A stretch of DNA of 64,000 nucleotides from Oscillospiraceae bacterium (GTDB lineage: Bacteria; Bacillota; Clostridia; Oscillospirales; CAG-272). A program made the position numbers and the translations under genes. The stretch is from positions 14,172-78,171 of the forward strand of contig SVSX01000001.1 in the NCBI GenBank assembly GCA_015064085.1. Direction: 5' to 3'. The notes under the pieces were generated by a model. That model saw only the letters and a list, made by a program, of their open reading frames with translations. It had not been told where the DNA came from and did no database searches. This document shows, one piece after another, positions 26,833 to 37,860 of the stretch (positions within the stretch are counted from its first letter, which is position 1; each line of letters starts with the position of its first letter).

Positions 26833-26932
26833 AAGTCCAAGGATTTTATAGGCAAACATGCACACACGGTTTTTTGTGGCCTCTGCCGCCTTTCATCCTG
26901 TATTTTTTATCCTTAAGGAGATTTTATGCGGA

Positions 26933-28126
26933 ATGAAAAGACTGAACGAAAAACAGGATCTTCAAGGATCGCTTGAAAGCGATCAGCCCCCCTCCACTGT
27001 CGAGGGAAAAACAAGAGTGATAACGCTTGAAAACATTTCCAAGTCCTTTGACGGCGAGATGGTTCTTGACGATATCAGCTTATACATCAATGATAAGGAA
27101 TTCATAACGTTTCTTGGTCCTTCGGGATGCGGAAAGACCACTACCCTCCGAATAATCGGCGGATTTGAGACCCCCGACTCTGGAGACGTATTTTTTGACG
27201 GCAAAAAGATAAATGATCTTCCTCCACACAAAAGGCAGGTCAACACTGTCTTTCAGCGCTATGCTCTCTTCCCTCACCTAAACGTATACGAAAATATCGC
27301 TTTCGGTCTTCGCATCGCAAAGGTAAAGGAATCTGAGATAAAGGATAGAGTCAGCGAAATGCTGAAGCTCGTTAACCTTTGCGGCTTTGAAAAGAGAGAC
27401 GTAAACCTTTTGTCAGGCGGACAGCAGCAGCGTGTCGCAATTGCCCGTGCGCTTATCAACAAGCCGAAGGTCCTTCTGCTTGACGAGCCTCTGGCTGCCC
27501 TTGACCTTAAGCTCCGCAAGGATATGCAGCTCGAGCTTAAAAATATTCAGACCAAAACAGGTATTACCTTTATATACGTTACACACGATCAGGAGGAGGC
27601 TCTCTCTATGTCCGACACCGTCGTGGTAATGGCCAACGGTAAGATACAGCAGATCGGTACTCCGACCGATATCTATAACGAGCCCGTAAACGCCTTTGTA
27701 GCCGACTTCATCGGTGAGTCAAACATCCTTGACGGAGTTATGCTCGAGGACTACAAGGTCCTATTTGCCTCTCAGATATTTGAGTGCCTTGACAAGGGAT
27801 TTGATAAAAACGAGCAGGTGGACGTTGTCGTACGCCCCGAGGACGTTGACGTTGTCGCCCCCGAAAAGGGTATGCTGACGGGCGTTGTTTCCTCGGTCAC
27901 GTTTAAGGGCGTTCACTATGAAATAATCGTTGATATCGGCGGCTTCAAGTGGATGATACAGACCACCGATTACGTCGGTCCTGACGAGACAATAGGTCTT
28001 TATATAGAGCCCGACGCAATACATATAATGAAAAAATCCGAATTTTCCAATATGTTCGGCGACTATTCTTCATTCTCGGAGGAGCTTGATCATCTCTCCG
28101 ACATTGAGGAGGACATCGAGGAATGA
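26933..28126 (+). CDS. potA: spermidine/putrescine ABC transporter ATP-binding protein
   Basis: Walker [10 protein letters not shown], signature LSGGQQQR, Walker B LLLDEP, and a PotA-type TOBE C-domain. The start is taken at MKRLNEK; the upstream extension in the ORF track has no RBS. Confidence 0.85.
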   Translation: MKRLNEKQDLQGSLESDQPPSTVEGKTRVITLENISKSFDGEMVLDDISLYINDKEFITFLGPSGCGKTTTLRIIGGFETPDSGDVFFDGKKINDLPPHKRQVNTVFQRYALFPHLNVYENIAFGLRIAKVKESEIKDRVSEMLKLVNLCGFEKRDVNLLSGGQQQRVAIARALINKPKVLLLDEPLAALDLKLRKDMQLELKNIQTKTGITFIYVTHDQEEALSMSDTVVVMANGKIQQIGTPTDIYNEPVNAFVADFIGESNILDGVMLEDYKVLFASQIFECLDKGFDKNEQVDVVVRPEDVDVVAPEKGMLTGVVSSVTFKGVHYEIIVDIGGFKWMIQTTDYVGPDETIGLYIEPDAIHIMKKSEFSNMFGDYSSFSEELDHLSDIEEDIEE

Positions 28127-28998
28127 CAAGAAAGGAAAACATCAAGAAAGGCTCACCGAAGAAGCCTGTCTCACGTATCGGTCTGTTGCAGAGATACGCG
28201 GCAGCCCCTCACATCGTGTGGTCGGTGCTCTTTGTGGTCGCCCCGCTCATATTTGTCCTGTATTACGCCTTCACCGATGCCTCGGGGGCTTTTACAACGG
28301 CAAACGTCTCGGCGTTCTTCACCGAAAAATATCTCCTGATATTTTTCCGTTCCCTGAAGCTTGCCGTTATTGCCACGGCTATATGTCTGCTTCTCGGATA
28401 TCCGATAGCCTACTTTATTTCAAGAAGCAAGGCAAGAACCCAGAAAATACTTATTCTTCTCCTGATGCTCCCTATGTGGATGAACTTCCTCATCAGAACC
28501 TACGCAATAATGGTTCTCATTCAGGATACGGGTATAATAAACACCTTCCTCGGCAATTTCGGAATAGATCCCATTCATATTCTCGGAACAGAGGGAGCTG
28601 TTATCATAGGTATGGTTTACGACTACCTGCCATTTATGATACTGCCTATTTACTCGGTTATGGCTAAGATCGACAACCGACTTATCGAAGCGGCGTCCGA
28701 CCTCGGCTGTAACGGCTTCGGCGTACTTAGAAAGGTCATTCTTCCGCTCAGTAAGTCGGGAGTCATTTCGGGGCTTACTATGGTGCTCGTGCCCTCTATC
28801 AGTACCTTCTATATTTCTCAGAAGCTGGGCGGAGTCGACACACTGATGATCGGCGACGTTATCGAGCAGCAGTACACCGCCTCCAACTACAATATGACAG
28901 CATCGCTTTCCCTTATACTTATGCTCATTCTTCTTATCGGTCTGGCGATCGTCAATCACTATTCCGACGATGAAAGCGGAGGAGGTATGGTGCTGTGA
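28123..28998 (+). CDS. potB: spermidine/putrescine ABC transporter permease
   Basis: 291 aa with 6 TM segments and the EAA-loop [12 protein letters not shown]. Overlaps potA by 4 nt. Confidence 0.85.
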   Translation: MTRKENIKKGSPKKPVSRIGLLQRYAAAPHIVWSVLFVVAPLIFVLYYAFTDASGAFTTANVSAFFTEKYLLIFFRSLKLAVIATAICLLLGYPIAYFISRSKARTQKILILLLMLPMWMNFLIRTYAIMVLIQDTGIINTFLGNFGIDPIHILGTEGAVIIGMVYDYLPFMILPIYSVMAKIDNRLIEAASDLGCNGFGVLRKVILPLSKSGVISGLTMVLVPSISTFYISQKLGGVDTLMIGDVIEQQYTASNYNMTASLSLILMLILLIGLAIVNHYSDDESGGGMVL

Positions 28999-31028
28999 AA
29001 AGATTTTCAAAGATATATACCGCTCTTATACTCATTTTTCTCTTCGCTCCCATTGCGGTGCTTATATTCTTCTCCTTTAACTCGGGATCAAGCACTTCGA
29101 GCTTCAGCGGTTTTTCATTCAGGTGGTACGTTGAGCTCTTCAGAAACGGAGAGATCCTGAATGCCCTAAAAAATTCCCTCATCCTTGCAGTAGCCTCATC
29201 GGCTATCGCCACGGTGATCGGAACGTCAGCGGCATTCGGTATTCATCATATGAAGAATAAGCACGTACGCAGCGGAGTTATGACGGCTACCAACATTCCT
29301 ATGATGAATCCCGAGATAATCACGGGAATCTCGCTTATGTTCCTTTTCGTTTTCGTGGGAGGACTTCTCGGTCTCTCAACAAAGCTGAATTTCGTAACGA
29401 TGCTCATAGCTCACGTTACATTCAACCTTCCCTACGTTATACTGAACGTCTTGCCCAAATTCAAGCAGATGGACAAGTCCCTCCCCGAGGCGGCACTTGA
29501 TCTTGGCTGTACCCCCATTCAGTCCTTCTTTAAGGTACAGCTCCCCGCTATTATGCCGGGTGTTTTCACGGGTATGATAATGGCATTTACTATGTCGCTT
29601 GACGATTTTGTAATAAGCTATTTCACCTCGGGAGTTGATTTCCAGACACTGCCCGTGCTTATCTACAGTATGACAAAGAAGAGCGTTAAGCCCACGATCT
29701 ACGCACTGTCGTCGATAATCTTTGTTATAATTCTCGTCCTGCTTCTTCTTTCAAACAGAGAAAAGACCTCTGCCGAAAGACTTGAAGCTAAAAAGAAACG
29801 TCAGGAGAAAAAGCTCAGAGAGGCTATACTCAGAGCCCAGAAGAGCCGCCGTCAGCTTGAAAACAAGATCGACGAGTCCTATGAGTCAAGCGGAGGAAAC
29901 CGCTGGCGTCCTGTTCACAAGATCATTGCGGGAGTCGCTGCCCTCGCCCTTATCGTTACTCTGTGTGTCACCGTCGGTATCTATTCAAGGAATACCGTAA
30001 CACTTAACGTCTACAATTGGGGCGAATATATGTCACTCGGTGAAGAGGGTGCGCTAAACGTCAATAAGGCGTTTGAGGATTATTGCCGTAAGGAGCTTGG
30101 AATGCGAGTCAAGGTCAATTACGTGACCTACACCTCAAACGAGGATCTTTACGCAAAGCTTTCCTCCGATGCCGTTAGCTACGATGTCATTATTCCCTCG
30201 GATTATATGATAGCGAGACTTGCCTCGGAGGGTCTGCTTGCCGAGCTTGACTTCAACAATATCCCAAATTACGAGACCTGCATCTCGGAGGACTTCAGAG
30301 ATCTTTATTACGATCCCGAGAATAAATATTCTGTTCCCTATACCTACGGTATGGTTGGCGTCATCTACAATGCAAACGTTGTAAGTGAGGAGGATATCGG
30401 AGATTGGGATCTTATGTGGAACGAGAAATATTCGGGAAGCATTCTGCAGTTCAACAACGCAAGAGACGCATTCGGAACGGCATTTTACAAGCTTGGACTT
30501 GACGTAAACACAAAGAACTCCGCCGACTGGGAAAAGGGTCTTGAGGAGCTCCGACGTCAGAAGCCACTGCTCAACAAGTTCGTTATGGACGAGATCTTCA
30601 ATATGATGGAGTCGGGCGAGGCTGCTATCGGTGCTTATTACGCGGGTGACTATCTCACTATGGTTGATAACCAAAGTGAAAACGTTGATCTTCAGTTCTA
30701 CTATCCCTCAAATACCAACCTCTTCGTCGACGCAATGTGTGTTCCCGCAGCCTCTCAGAACAAGGAGCTCGCCGAGGCATATATCAACTTTATGCTCAGC
30801 GAAGAGCCCGCTATTGCCAATGCCGAATACGTTTGCTACGCATCGCCTCATTCGGTAGTTTACAACAGCGAGCAATATAAAGAGGATATGGGTGAGGATG
30901 CAATGAGGATACTCTACCCCGAGGACTTTGATTTTCACGAGGCTTATGACTCAAACTGCTTCAAGGATCTTGACGCCGATACAAAAAAGCTGCTTAATTC
31001 CTTGTGGGAGGATCTAAAAATCAATTAA
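28995..31028 (+). CDS. potCD: fused polyamine ABC permease (PotC) and extracellular substrate-binding protein (PotD)
   Basis: The N-terminal ~260 aa are PotC-like (EAALDLGCTPIQSF). A basic linker and an extra TM follow, then a ~340-aa PotD-like domain (LNVYNWGEYM...YDVIIPSDYM...YSVPYTYG). Confidence 0.8.
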   Translation: MKRFSKIYTALILIFLFAPIAVLIFFSFNSGSSTSSFSGFSFRWYVELFRNGEILNALKNSLILAVASSAIATVIGTSAAFGIHHMKNKHVRSGVMTATNIPMMNPEIITGISLMFLFVFVGGLLGLSTKLNFVTMLIAHVTFNLPYVILNVLPKFKQMDKSLPEAALDLGCTPIQSFFKVQLPAIMPGVFTGMIMAFTMSLDDFVISYFTSGVDFQTLPVLIYSMTKKSVKPTIYALSSIIFVIILVLLLLSNREKTSAERLEAKKKRQEKKLREAILRAQKSRRQLENKIDESYESSGGNRWRPVHKIIAGVAALALIVTLCVTVGIYSRNTVTLNVYNWGEYMSLGEEGALNVNKAFEDYCRKELGMRVKVNYVTYTSNEDLYAKLSSDAVSYDVIIPSDYMIARLASEGLLAELDFNNIPNYETCISEDFRDLYYDPENKYSVPYTYGMVGVIYNANVVSEEDIGDWDLMWNEKYSGSILQFNNARDAFGTAFYKLGLDVNTKNSADWEKGLEELRRQKPLLNKFVMDEIFNMMESGEAAIGAYYAGDYLTMVDNQSENVDLQFYYPSNTNLFVDAMCVPAASQNKELAEAYINFMLSEEPAIANAEYVCYASPHSVVYNSEQYKEDMGEDAMRILYPEDFDFHEAYDSNCFKDLDADTKKLLNSLWEDLKIN

Positions 31029-31054
31029 CTGCTTGATCGTATGATCTAAACTGT

Positions 31055-31088
31055 GGAGCTGTCACAAATTCACATTTGAGACAGCTCC
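31055..31088 (+). terminator. terminator hairpin, GCTGTCNCAAAT family
   Basis: GGAGCTGTCACAAATTCACATTTGAGACAGCTCC followed by ATTTTAT. Confidence 0.7.
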
Positions 31089-31111
31089 ATTTTATGAATA
31101 AAGGATAATAT

Positions 31112-32023
31112 ATGAAATCTAACAGATCATCACTGCTGAAAATGACCGCCGCAATGGCGATATTCGGCACTATAGGTATTTTCAGAAGCTATATCCCCTG
31201 CTCCTCTACGCTTATTGCCTTTGTAAGGGGAACTGTCGGTATGCTTTTTCTTATTTTGGTTATGGCGCTGACAAGGAAAAAAATATCCTTTTCAGCGATA
31301 AAAAAACCTCTTTTGCTTCTTTGTATATCAGGAGCGCTTATAGGTATAAACTGGATATTTCTTTTTGAGGCATACCGATACACCACCGTTGCCACAGCCA
31401 CGCTCTGTTACTATATGGCGCCGATCCTCGTGATACTTGTATCTCCATTCGTGCTGCGCGAAAGGCTCACTTTCCGCAAAATAATCTGCACGATATCGGC
31501 AATAGCGGGTATGGTATTTATCTCGGGAGTTTTCAGCGACGGAAACGTGAACCCCTACGGTATCGCCTTCGGTCTCGGGGCTGCGGCACTCTACGGAACG
31601 GTGATAATACTCAATAAATTCATAGACGGAGTATCAGATTATGAAAAGACGGTAATTCAGCTCGGTATGGCTGCAATAGCAGTTCTTCCCTATCTCTTAG
31701 CCACAGAGGACCTGTCGTCGCTCGATATTACACCTAAGGTGGTCGTTCTGCTCCTGATTGTCGGCATTATTCACACGGGAGTTGCATACACACTCTATTT
31801 CGGCAGCCTCTCAGGACTCAAGGCGCAGACCGCCGCGATATTCAGCTATATCGATCCCGTTATCGCGCTTCTGCTCTCCGCTGTTATTTTAAAGGAAGAA
31901 TTCACGCCGCTTAAGCTTTTGGGAAGCATACTTATTCTCGTCGCGGCGCTTGTTTGCGAGCTCCCCGAGGGATTTCTGAAAAAATTTTTGCCTAAAGAAG
32001 AAAAAAATAATAAAAACACTTGA
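31112..32023 (+). CDS. EamA/DMT family transporter
   Basis: 303 aa with 10 TM segments in two EamA repeats. Confidence 0.75.
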   Translation: MKSNRSSLLKMTAAMAIFGTIGIFRSYIPCSSTLIAFVRGTVGMLFLILVMALTRKKISFSAIKKPLLLLCISGALIGINWIFLFEAYRYTTVATATLCYYMAPILVILVSPFVLRERLTFRKIICTISAIAGMVFISGVFSDGNVNPYGIAFGLGAAALYGTVIILNKFIDGVSDYEKTVIQLGMAAIAVLPYLLATEDLSSLDITPKVVVLLLIVGIIHTGVAYTLYFGSLSGLKAQTAAIFSYIDPVIALLLSAVILKEEFTPLKLLGSILILVAALVCELPEGFLKKFLPKEEKNNKNT

Positions 32024-32048
32024 CAAGAAGAAAAAGTTGTGATATACT
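32020..32048 (+). promoter_or_regulatory. sigma-A type promoter (TTGACA-17-TGaTATACT) for ylxM-ffh
   Basis: The -35 TTGACA at 32020-32025 overlaps the eamA stop. The -10 is at 32043-32048. Confidence 0.55.
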
Positions 32049-32090
32049 TGTAAAGCATTTTGCTTTACAGTTAAAAAGGCGGTTTTCGGA

Positions 32091-32426
32091 ATGTTTGAAA
32101 AAAATCTTCAAATTGGTTTTTTACTTGACTTTTACGGTGATATCCTCTCAGAGCGCAAGCGCACTGTAATGGATATGTACTACAATGAGGATCTTTCACT
32201 GGCTGAGATCGCCGCCGAGATCGGAATATCCCGTCAGGGAGTCCGCGATCTTATAAAGAAATCCGAGGAGGAGCTGAAATTTTACGAAGAAAAGCTGGGT
32301 CTTGCGGAAAAGCTTCGCAAAACCGAGACACACGCAAAATCCCTTTTATCTCTCGCAGATAAGCTTTCTCTGCCCGAGGAATTCACAACCGAGCTCAAGG
32401 AGCTCACCGAGATAATATCGGAATAA
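32091..32426 (+). CDS. ylxM: YlxM/p13-like putative DNA-binding protein (UPF0122)
   Basis: 111 aa with a sigma region-4-like HTH (LSLAEIAAEIGISRQGVRDLIKK), immediately upstream of ffh. Confidence 0.85.
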   Translation: MFEKNLQIGFLLDFYGDILSERKRTVMDMYYNEDLSLAEIAAEIGISRQGVRDLIKKSEEELKFYEEKLGLAEKLRKTETHAKSLLSLADKLSLPEEFTTELKELTEIISE

Positions 32427-32455
32427 AAGCAAATTACGAAAGGAAGGTATTCAAA

Positions 32456-33793
32456 ATGTTTCAAAGCCTCAGCGAAAAGCTGGAAAATGCCTTCAAAAAA
32501 TTCAAGAACAAGGGTAAGCTCACCGAAGCCGACGTAAAGGCGGGTATGCGTGAGATAAAGCTGGCGCTTCTCGAAGCAGACGTTAACTTTAAGGTCGTTC
32601 GCGACTTTATCAAGATCGTCTCGGAAAGAGCTGTCGGCACGGAAGTGCTCGAGTCATTGCTCCCCGCTCAGCAGATCGTTAAGATAGTTAACGAGGAGCT
32701 GACAAATCTTATGGGCGGAACTCAATCCAAGCTCCAGATCGCCTCAAAGCCCCCCACAGTGGTTATGATGGTAGGTCTTCAGGGCGCGGGTAAGACCACT
32801 CACGCGGGAAAGATCGCGGGACTTTATAAAAAGCAGGGTAAAAAACCATTGCTCGTTGCCTGCGACATCTACCGTCCCGCGGCTATAAAGCAGCTTCAGA
32901 TCGTGGGTGAAAAGCTTGATATACCGGTCTTTACAATGGGCGACCAGGTCTCTCCCGTGAAGATCGCCGAGGAAGGTGTTAAATACGCTATATCGAAGGG
33001 TTACGATATGGTATTCGTTGATACTGCGGGACGTCTGCATATCGACGAGGAGCTTATGAACGAGCTCCGCAACATTAAAGCAAAGGTAGAACCCACCGAA
33101 ATTCTCCTTACTGTCGACGCAATGATAGGTCAGGACGCGGTCAACGTCGCCGAGACCTTCAACGAGCTGCTCGACATCACGGGAGTTGTTCTTACAAAGC
33201 TTGACGGTGACACTCGTGGCGGTGCGGCGCTTTCGGTCAGACACGTTACGGGCAAGCCTATAAAATTTGTCGGAACGGGAGAAAAGCTTGACACCATCGA
33301 GCCCTTCTACCCCGACAGAATGGCGTCGAGAATACTCGGTATGGGAGACGTGCTCTCGCTTATCGAAAAAGCCGAGCAGGCATACGACGAAAAGAAGGCG
33401 GCGGAGCTTGAAAAGAAGCTTCGCGAATCCACCTTCACACTTGACGATTACCTTGAGCAGTTCGCGCAGATCAAGAATATGGGAAGCCTCGACCAGCTTA
33501 TGGGTATGATGCCCGGAGTCAAGCCCGGAGCACTCAAGGACGCTAAGATCGACGAGAAGGCGATCGCGAGAACAGAAGCGATCATAAAGTCGATGACAAA
33601 GAAGGAACGTGAAAAGCCCGATATCCTCAACGCGTCAAGGAAGAAAAGGATAGCCGCGGGAAGCGGCACGACGGTTGAAGAGGTCAATAAGCTTATCCGT
33701 CAATTTGAGCAGACTACCAAGCTTATGAAGCAGTTCTCAAATCCCAAGGGACTTGCTAAATTCGGTAGAAACAAAATGAAAATCCCATTCTGA
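32456..33793 (+). CDS. ffh: signal recognition particle protein
   Basis: GLQGAGKTT, DTAGR and TKLDGD motifs plus a Met-rich M domain. Confidence 0.95.
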   Translation: MFQSLSEKLENAFKKFKNKGKLTEADVKAGMREIKLALLEADVNFKVVRDFIKIVSERAVGTEVLESLLPAQQIVKIVNEELTNLMGGTQSKLQIASKPPTVVMMVGLQGAGKTTHAGKIAGLYKKQGKKPLLVACDIYRPAAIKQLQIVGEKLDIPVFTMGDQVSPVKIAEEGVKYAISKGYDMVFVDTAGRLHIDEELMNELRNIKAKVEPTEILLTVDAMIGQDAVNVAETFNELLDITGVVLTKLDGDTRGGAALSVRHVTGKPIKFVGTGEKLDTIEPFYPDRMASRILGMGDVLSLIEKAEQAYDEKKAAELEKKLRESTFTLDDYLEQFAQIKNMGSLDQLMGMMPGVKPGALKDAKIDEKAIARTEAIIKSMTKKEREKPDILNASRKKRIAAGSGTTVEEVNKLIRQFEQTTKLMKQFSNPKGLAKFGRNKMKIPF

Positions 33794-33847
33794 TAAGGAT
33801 TTTAGATATTAAAAAAATTATTTTTCATATTTTGGAGGAATTTAAAA

Positions 33848-34093
33848 ATGTCAGTTAAAATGAGACTCACAAGAACAGGCGCAAAGAAAGCTCCCACATA
33901 CCGTGTTGTTATCGCGGACAGCCGCTCACCCAGAGACGGTCGTTTCATCGAGGAGATCGGTCACTACAATCCCCGCACAGAGCCCGTTACCATCGTTATC
34001 AACGAGGAGAGAGCTAAGGTTTGGCTCAAGAACGGTGCACAGCCCACAGAAACCGTAAAATCCTTGCTCAAGAAATCCGGCATAGTTGACTAA
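33848..34093 (+). CDS. rpsP: 30S ribosomal protein S16
   Basis: [35 protein letters not shown]. Confidence 0.95.
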   Translation: MSVKMRLTRTGAKKAPTYRVVIADSRSPRDGRFIEEIGHYNPRTEPVTIVINEERAKVWLKNGAQPTETVKSLLKKSGIVD

Positions 34094-34111
34094 TTTTTCG
34101 GGAGATTTGAA

Positions 34112-34351
34112 ATGACGGATCTTAAAGAAACTTTATACGGCATTGCCCGTGCTATTGTAGACAATCCCGATGAAGTTTCCGTTATCGAAAATGAAGACGG
34201 AAAAGATGTCAAGCTCATTCTCAGCGTTGCGGAAAGCGATATGGGAATGGTTATTGGCAAGGGCGGAAAGATCGCTAAGGCAATACGCACAGTTATGAAA
34301 GCTGCTGCCGCTACCGATGGCAGACGCGTAAACGTAGAGATCAGAGAATAA
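34112..34351 (+). CDS. KH-domain RNA-binding protein (YlqC/UPF0109)
   Basis: 79 aa with MGMVIGKGGKIAKAIRTV (GxxG KH motif), directly after rpsP. Confidence 0.85.
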   Translation: MTDLKETLYGIARAIVDNPDEVSVIENEDGKDVKLILSVAESDMGMVIGKGGKIAKAIRTVMKAAAATDGRRVNVEIRE

Positions 34352-34383
34352 TCAAAGATCAGAACAATCTGATTGATACAGAA

Positions 34384-34424
34384 AAGGAAGCCGCACGGGT
34401 CTTACTCCCAAGGCTTCCTTTTTG
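34384..34424 (+). terminator. rho-independent terminator
   Basis: AAGGAAGCC-loop-GGCTTCCTT followed by TTTGC. Confidence 0.65.
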
Positions 34425-34452
34425 CTTATTTTATCCTAATAACGGAGATAAT

Positions 34453-34917
34453 ATGAAAGATAAACAAGAGATCATATCTTCCCTGCTTTGCACCGTCTCA
34501 CTGACCGAGAACGCCATTCGACACTATCTGCAGGGCTTTGATATTTTATCAGCATATTCCTTCGGTATGAGCGCCGAAGAATTCAAAAAAAGAAAATATG
34601 ACTACAGAGATCTGACCTCAATGATACTGAAGGCAATAGATTCTTCGGGAGAGGACATCTCTTCTCTCTCGGTGCTTATAAGACTTGCCGACAATGATAT
34701 GAACGTTGAGGAGACCGTTCATCTCAGTCGGCTTATGGACTCGCTTATGAATTGGAGAAGTACGCTTTTCTCAGCGATGGAGGTCTGCGACAAAGCTTTT
34801 AAGGAAAAAGAACTCTTAAAGCTTTCGACTCTTCAGTCGGAAGCAAGACGTGCACTTGCGGCAACAGAATTTATGAAAGGAAGATTAGAGAATGAAACGC
34901 TACATAATCGCACTTGA
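34453..34917 (+). CDS. hypothetical helical protein
   Basis: 154-aa ORF. Its 3' end overlaps the glpK start by 26 nt. No family recognised. Confidence 0.4.
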   Translation: MKDKQEIISSLLCTVSLTENAIRHYLQGFDILSAYSFGMSAEEFKKRKYDYRDLTSMILKAIDSSGEDISSLSVLIRLADNDMNVEETVHLSRLMDSLMNWRSTLFSAMEVCDKAFKEKELLKLSTLQSEARRALAATEFMKGRLENETLHNRT

Positions 34918-36382
34918 TGCGGGAACAACAAGCTCAAGATGTATAGTATTTGACCGTACGCTCAGGATAGTATCGGTGGCACAAAAGGAATTTCCTCAGA
35001 TTTTCCCCAAGGACGGTTGGGTCGAGCACGATCCCGACGACATATATTTCACTCAGCTTGAGGTGGCAAAGGCTGCGCTCGAAAAGGCAAGGATATCCCC
35101 ATCCGAGGTCGAGGCTATAGGAATCACAAACCAAAGAGAAACCGTGATCGTATGGGATAAAAACACGGGAAAGCCGATATATAACGCCATCGTCTGGCAG
35201 TGCCGAAGGACCGCAGAAGCCTGCGAAAAGCTCCGCAACGACGGCTGTGAGGAGCTTATCCGCAAAAAAACAGGGCTTGTTATAGACTCCTATTTTTCGG
35301 CAACAAAGATCAAATGGATACTCGATAACGTTCAAGGTGCGAGAGAGAAAGCCGAGCGAGGTGAGCTCCTCTTCGGTACGGTCGACTGTTGGCTGATCTA
35401 CAATCTTACAGGCGGCGCTTCACACGTCACTGACGTTTCCAACGCATCAAGAACTATGCTTTTCAACATAAACACTATGAGCTGGGACGAAGAGCTTCTC
35501 GCGCTTTTCGGTATTCCGAGCTCTATGCTTCCGACTGTCCTTCCCTCCTGCGGACTTTTCGGACATACAGATCCTTCACTTTTTGGTGTACCGATAGCAA
35601 TATCGGGGGTTGCGGGTGACCAGCAGTCGGCGCTTTTCGGTCAATGCTGTTTCTCAAAGGGTGACGTAAAGAACACCTACGGTACAGGCGGATTTATGCT
35701 TATGAATACGGGTGACACACCTATATTCTCGGATAACGGTCTGCTTACCACCGTCGGCTGGACCATAAACGGAAAGACATCCTACGTTCTCGAGGGATCT
35801 GTATTTATCTGCGGAGCGGCTATTCAGTGGCTGAGAGACGGTATAGGCATAATTGACAAGGCATATGAATCCGAGGCTTGTGCCCTTTCTGTTGAAAGCA
35901 CGGGAGGCGTCTATTTCGTTCCCGCCTTCGTCGGACTCGGCGCGCCTTATTGGGATCCTTACGCAAGAGGCGCTATCCTTGGAATAACAAGAGGAACGAC
36001 AAGGGCGCATATTGTGAGAGCGGCTGTTGAGGCAATGGCTTTCCAGACCTATGACGTTATAAAGCTTATGGAGGATGAGCTCGGCTGCCGTATAAACGAC
36101 CTGCGTGTCGATGGTGGCGCTTGCGCAAACAATTTCCTGCTCTCCTTCCAGGCGGATATACTTGACAAAAAAATCATACGTCCCGAATGTATAGAGACCA
36201 CAGCTCTCGGCGCGGCAGCCCTCGCGGGACTTGCCGTCGGATATTTTTCCTCTACAGAGGATATAAAGAAAAATATTGCCGTTAGCAGAATATTTGAGCC
36301 AAATATCGATGACGTATCGAGAAGCTCCAAGATAGACCTCTGGCACAAGGCGGTATCACGCGCACTCTCATTCGCCGAATGA
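34892..36382 (+). CDS. glpK: glycerol kinase
   Basis: [20 protein letters not shown] and VDGGA motifs. 496 aa. Confidence 0.95.
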   Translation: MKRYIIALDAGTTSSRCIVFDRTLRIVSVAQKEFPQIFPKDGWVEHDPDDIYFTQLEVAKAALEKARISPSEVEAIGITNQRETVIVWDKNTGKPIYNAIVWQCRRTAEACEKLRNDGCEELIRKKTGLVIDSYFSATKIKWILDNVQGAREKAERGELLFGTVDCWLIYNLTGGASHVTDVSNASRTMLFNINTMSWDEELLALFGIPSSMLPTVLPSCGLFGHTDPSLFGVPIAISGVAGDQQSALFGQCCFSKGDVKNTYGTGGFMLMNTGDTPIFSDNGLLTTVGWTINGKTSYVLEGSVFICGAAIQWLRDGIGIIDKAYESEACALSVESTGGVYFVPAFVGLGAPYWDPYARGAILGITRGTTRAHIVRAAVEAMAFQTYDVIKLMEDELGCRINDLRVDGGACANNFLLSFQADILDKKIIRPECIETTALGAAALAGLAVGYFSSTEDIKKNIAVSRIFEPNIDDVSRSSKIDLWHKAVSRALSFAE

Positions 36383-36460
36383 AAAATAACTTGTTTTTTC
36401 GTGTAATTTGTGATACAATAATATAAAAGCAGAACAGACTTCTTCACGGAGGAATTAACT

Positions 36461-37798
36461 ATGGATTTTGAAATTCTTACCCGTTTGCTTGAGGAGCACA
36501 AATTTGTTGAATTTATAAACGAATTAGACTCAGCAAACCCCATAGACGCCGCCGAATATCTCTCCTATGTTAAACCCGAATACCTTCCGAAGGTATTCAG
36601 ACTTTTGAAGAAAGACACCGCCGCCGAGATCTTCCCAGAGCTTGATACCGAGCTTCAGGAGGCTATCATATCTCATATCACAGATACAGAAATAACCAAC
36701 CTTGTGGACGAGCTATTCATCGACGACACTGTTGACTTACTTGAGGAGCTCCCCGCAGGTGTAGTTAACCGCATATTGCGAGCTACAGATCCCGAAAGGC
36801 GCAACGAGATCAATAAGTTTCTAAGTTATCCGCCTCATTCGGCAGGAAGCGTTATGACCTCGGAATTTCTGAGTGTCTACTCGCATATGACGGTAAGCGA
36901 GGCAATAGAAAAAATAAGAAAAACAGGCGACGAGCTCGAAACTGTCTACGTTATTTACGTCACCGACGAGCGCCGCATACTGCAAGGATATCTTGAGCTG
37001 AAGCATCTTCTGTTTTCAAGTCCCGAACGACTTATACGCGACATAATGGACGATGCTATAATAAGCGCGACAACACTTGACGACAGAGAGGACGCCGCCG
37101 CGCTGATATCAAAATACGACCTTCTTGCTCTACCTATAGTCGATAAGGAAAAAAGACTTGTGGGTATTCTTACAATCGACGACGCTATTGACGTAATAGA
37201 AGAGGAAACGACCGCTGACATCGAAATTATGGCGGCTATCTCACCTACCGAGAAGCCATATCTCAAGACAGGCGTTTTCTCCACCTTCAGAAAAAGAATC
37301 CCCTGGCTCTTGCTTCTCCTTATATCGGCGACCTTCACGGGAAGCATAATCTCCCACTATGAAGCCGCCCTTGGGGAAATGGTCATACTGACCGCATTCA
37401 TACCTATGCTTATGGATTCCGCGGGAAATGCGGGAGGACAGTCCTCGGTAACGGTGATACGCGGTCTCTCTCTTGGCGAGATAAAGCTGAGAAATATCTT
37501 TTCGGTACTGTGGAAGGAATTTCGTGTATCCCTTCTCTGCGGTATAGTTCTTTCGGGAACGGTTTTCGCAAAAGCAATGCTTATTGACCGTGCCTCGGTA
37601 TACGTCGCTCTCGTGGTCTCGCTCACACTCCTGTCAACGGTTATTATGGCAAAGCTGATCGGCTGCACTATGCCTATACTCGCAAAAAGGCTCGGATTTG
37701 ATCCCGCCGTTATGGCAAGCCCCTTTATCACAACTATAGTTGATGCCCTTTCTCTTCTCGTATATTTTGCAATTGCGTCGAGAATATTGGGAATTTAA
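36461..37798 (+). CDS. mgtE: magnesium transporter MgtE
   Basis: N-domain, two CBS repeats, and a TM domain with MLMDSAGNAGGQS. Confidence 0.9.
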   Translation: MDFEILTRLLEEHKFVEFINELDSANPIDAAEYLSYVKPEYLPKVFRLLKKDTAAEIFPELDTELQEAIISHITDTEITNLVDELFIDDTVDLLEELPAGVVNRILRATDPERRNEINKFLSYPPHSAGSVMTSEFLSVYSHMTVSEAIEKIRKTGDELETVYVIYVTDERRILQGYLELKHLLFSSPERLIRDIMDDAIISATTLDDREDAAALISKYDLLALPIVDKEKRLVGILTIDDAIDVIEEETTADIEIMAAISPTEKPYLKTGVFSTFRKRIPWLLLLLISATFTGSIISHYEAALGEMVILTAFIPMLMDSAGNAGGQSSVTVIRGLSLGEIKLRNIFSVLWKEFRVSLLCGIVLSGTVFAKAMLIDRASVYVALVVSLTLLSTVIMAKLIGCTMPILAKRLGFDPAVMASPFITTIVDALSLLVYFAIASRILGI

Positions 37799-37807
37799 AG
37801 CACAAAA

Positions 37808-37841
37808 TGAGCTGTCTCAAATTCAGATTTGAAACAGCTCA
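37808..37841. terminator. bidirectional terminator hairpin, GCTGTCNCAAAT family
   Basis: TGAGCTGTCTCAAATTCAGATTTGAAACAGCTCA flanked by AAAA and TTTTTT. It sits between convergent genes. Confidence 0.75.
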
Positions 37842-37860
37842 TTTTTTATTATTTTTCGGA

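Noticed and set aside
26858-26932. An N-terminal extension of PotA, and a 16-codon out-of-frame upstream ORF starting at the ATG right after AAGGAG.
   Set aside because: - The extension has no RBS and no homology.
- The mini-ORF is noted but has no support beyond good SD spacing, so it is not reported as a feature.
35654-36346. A 230-aa minus-strand ORF. There are similar 130-260-aa antisense ORFs inside mgtE, paaK, iorA, the MBL genes, potB and others.
   Set aside because: All lie entirely inside well-supported genes on the other strand and lack RBS or motif support.
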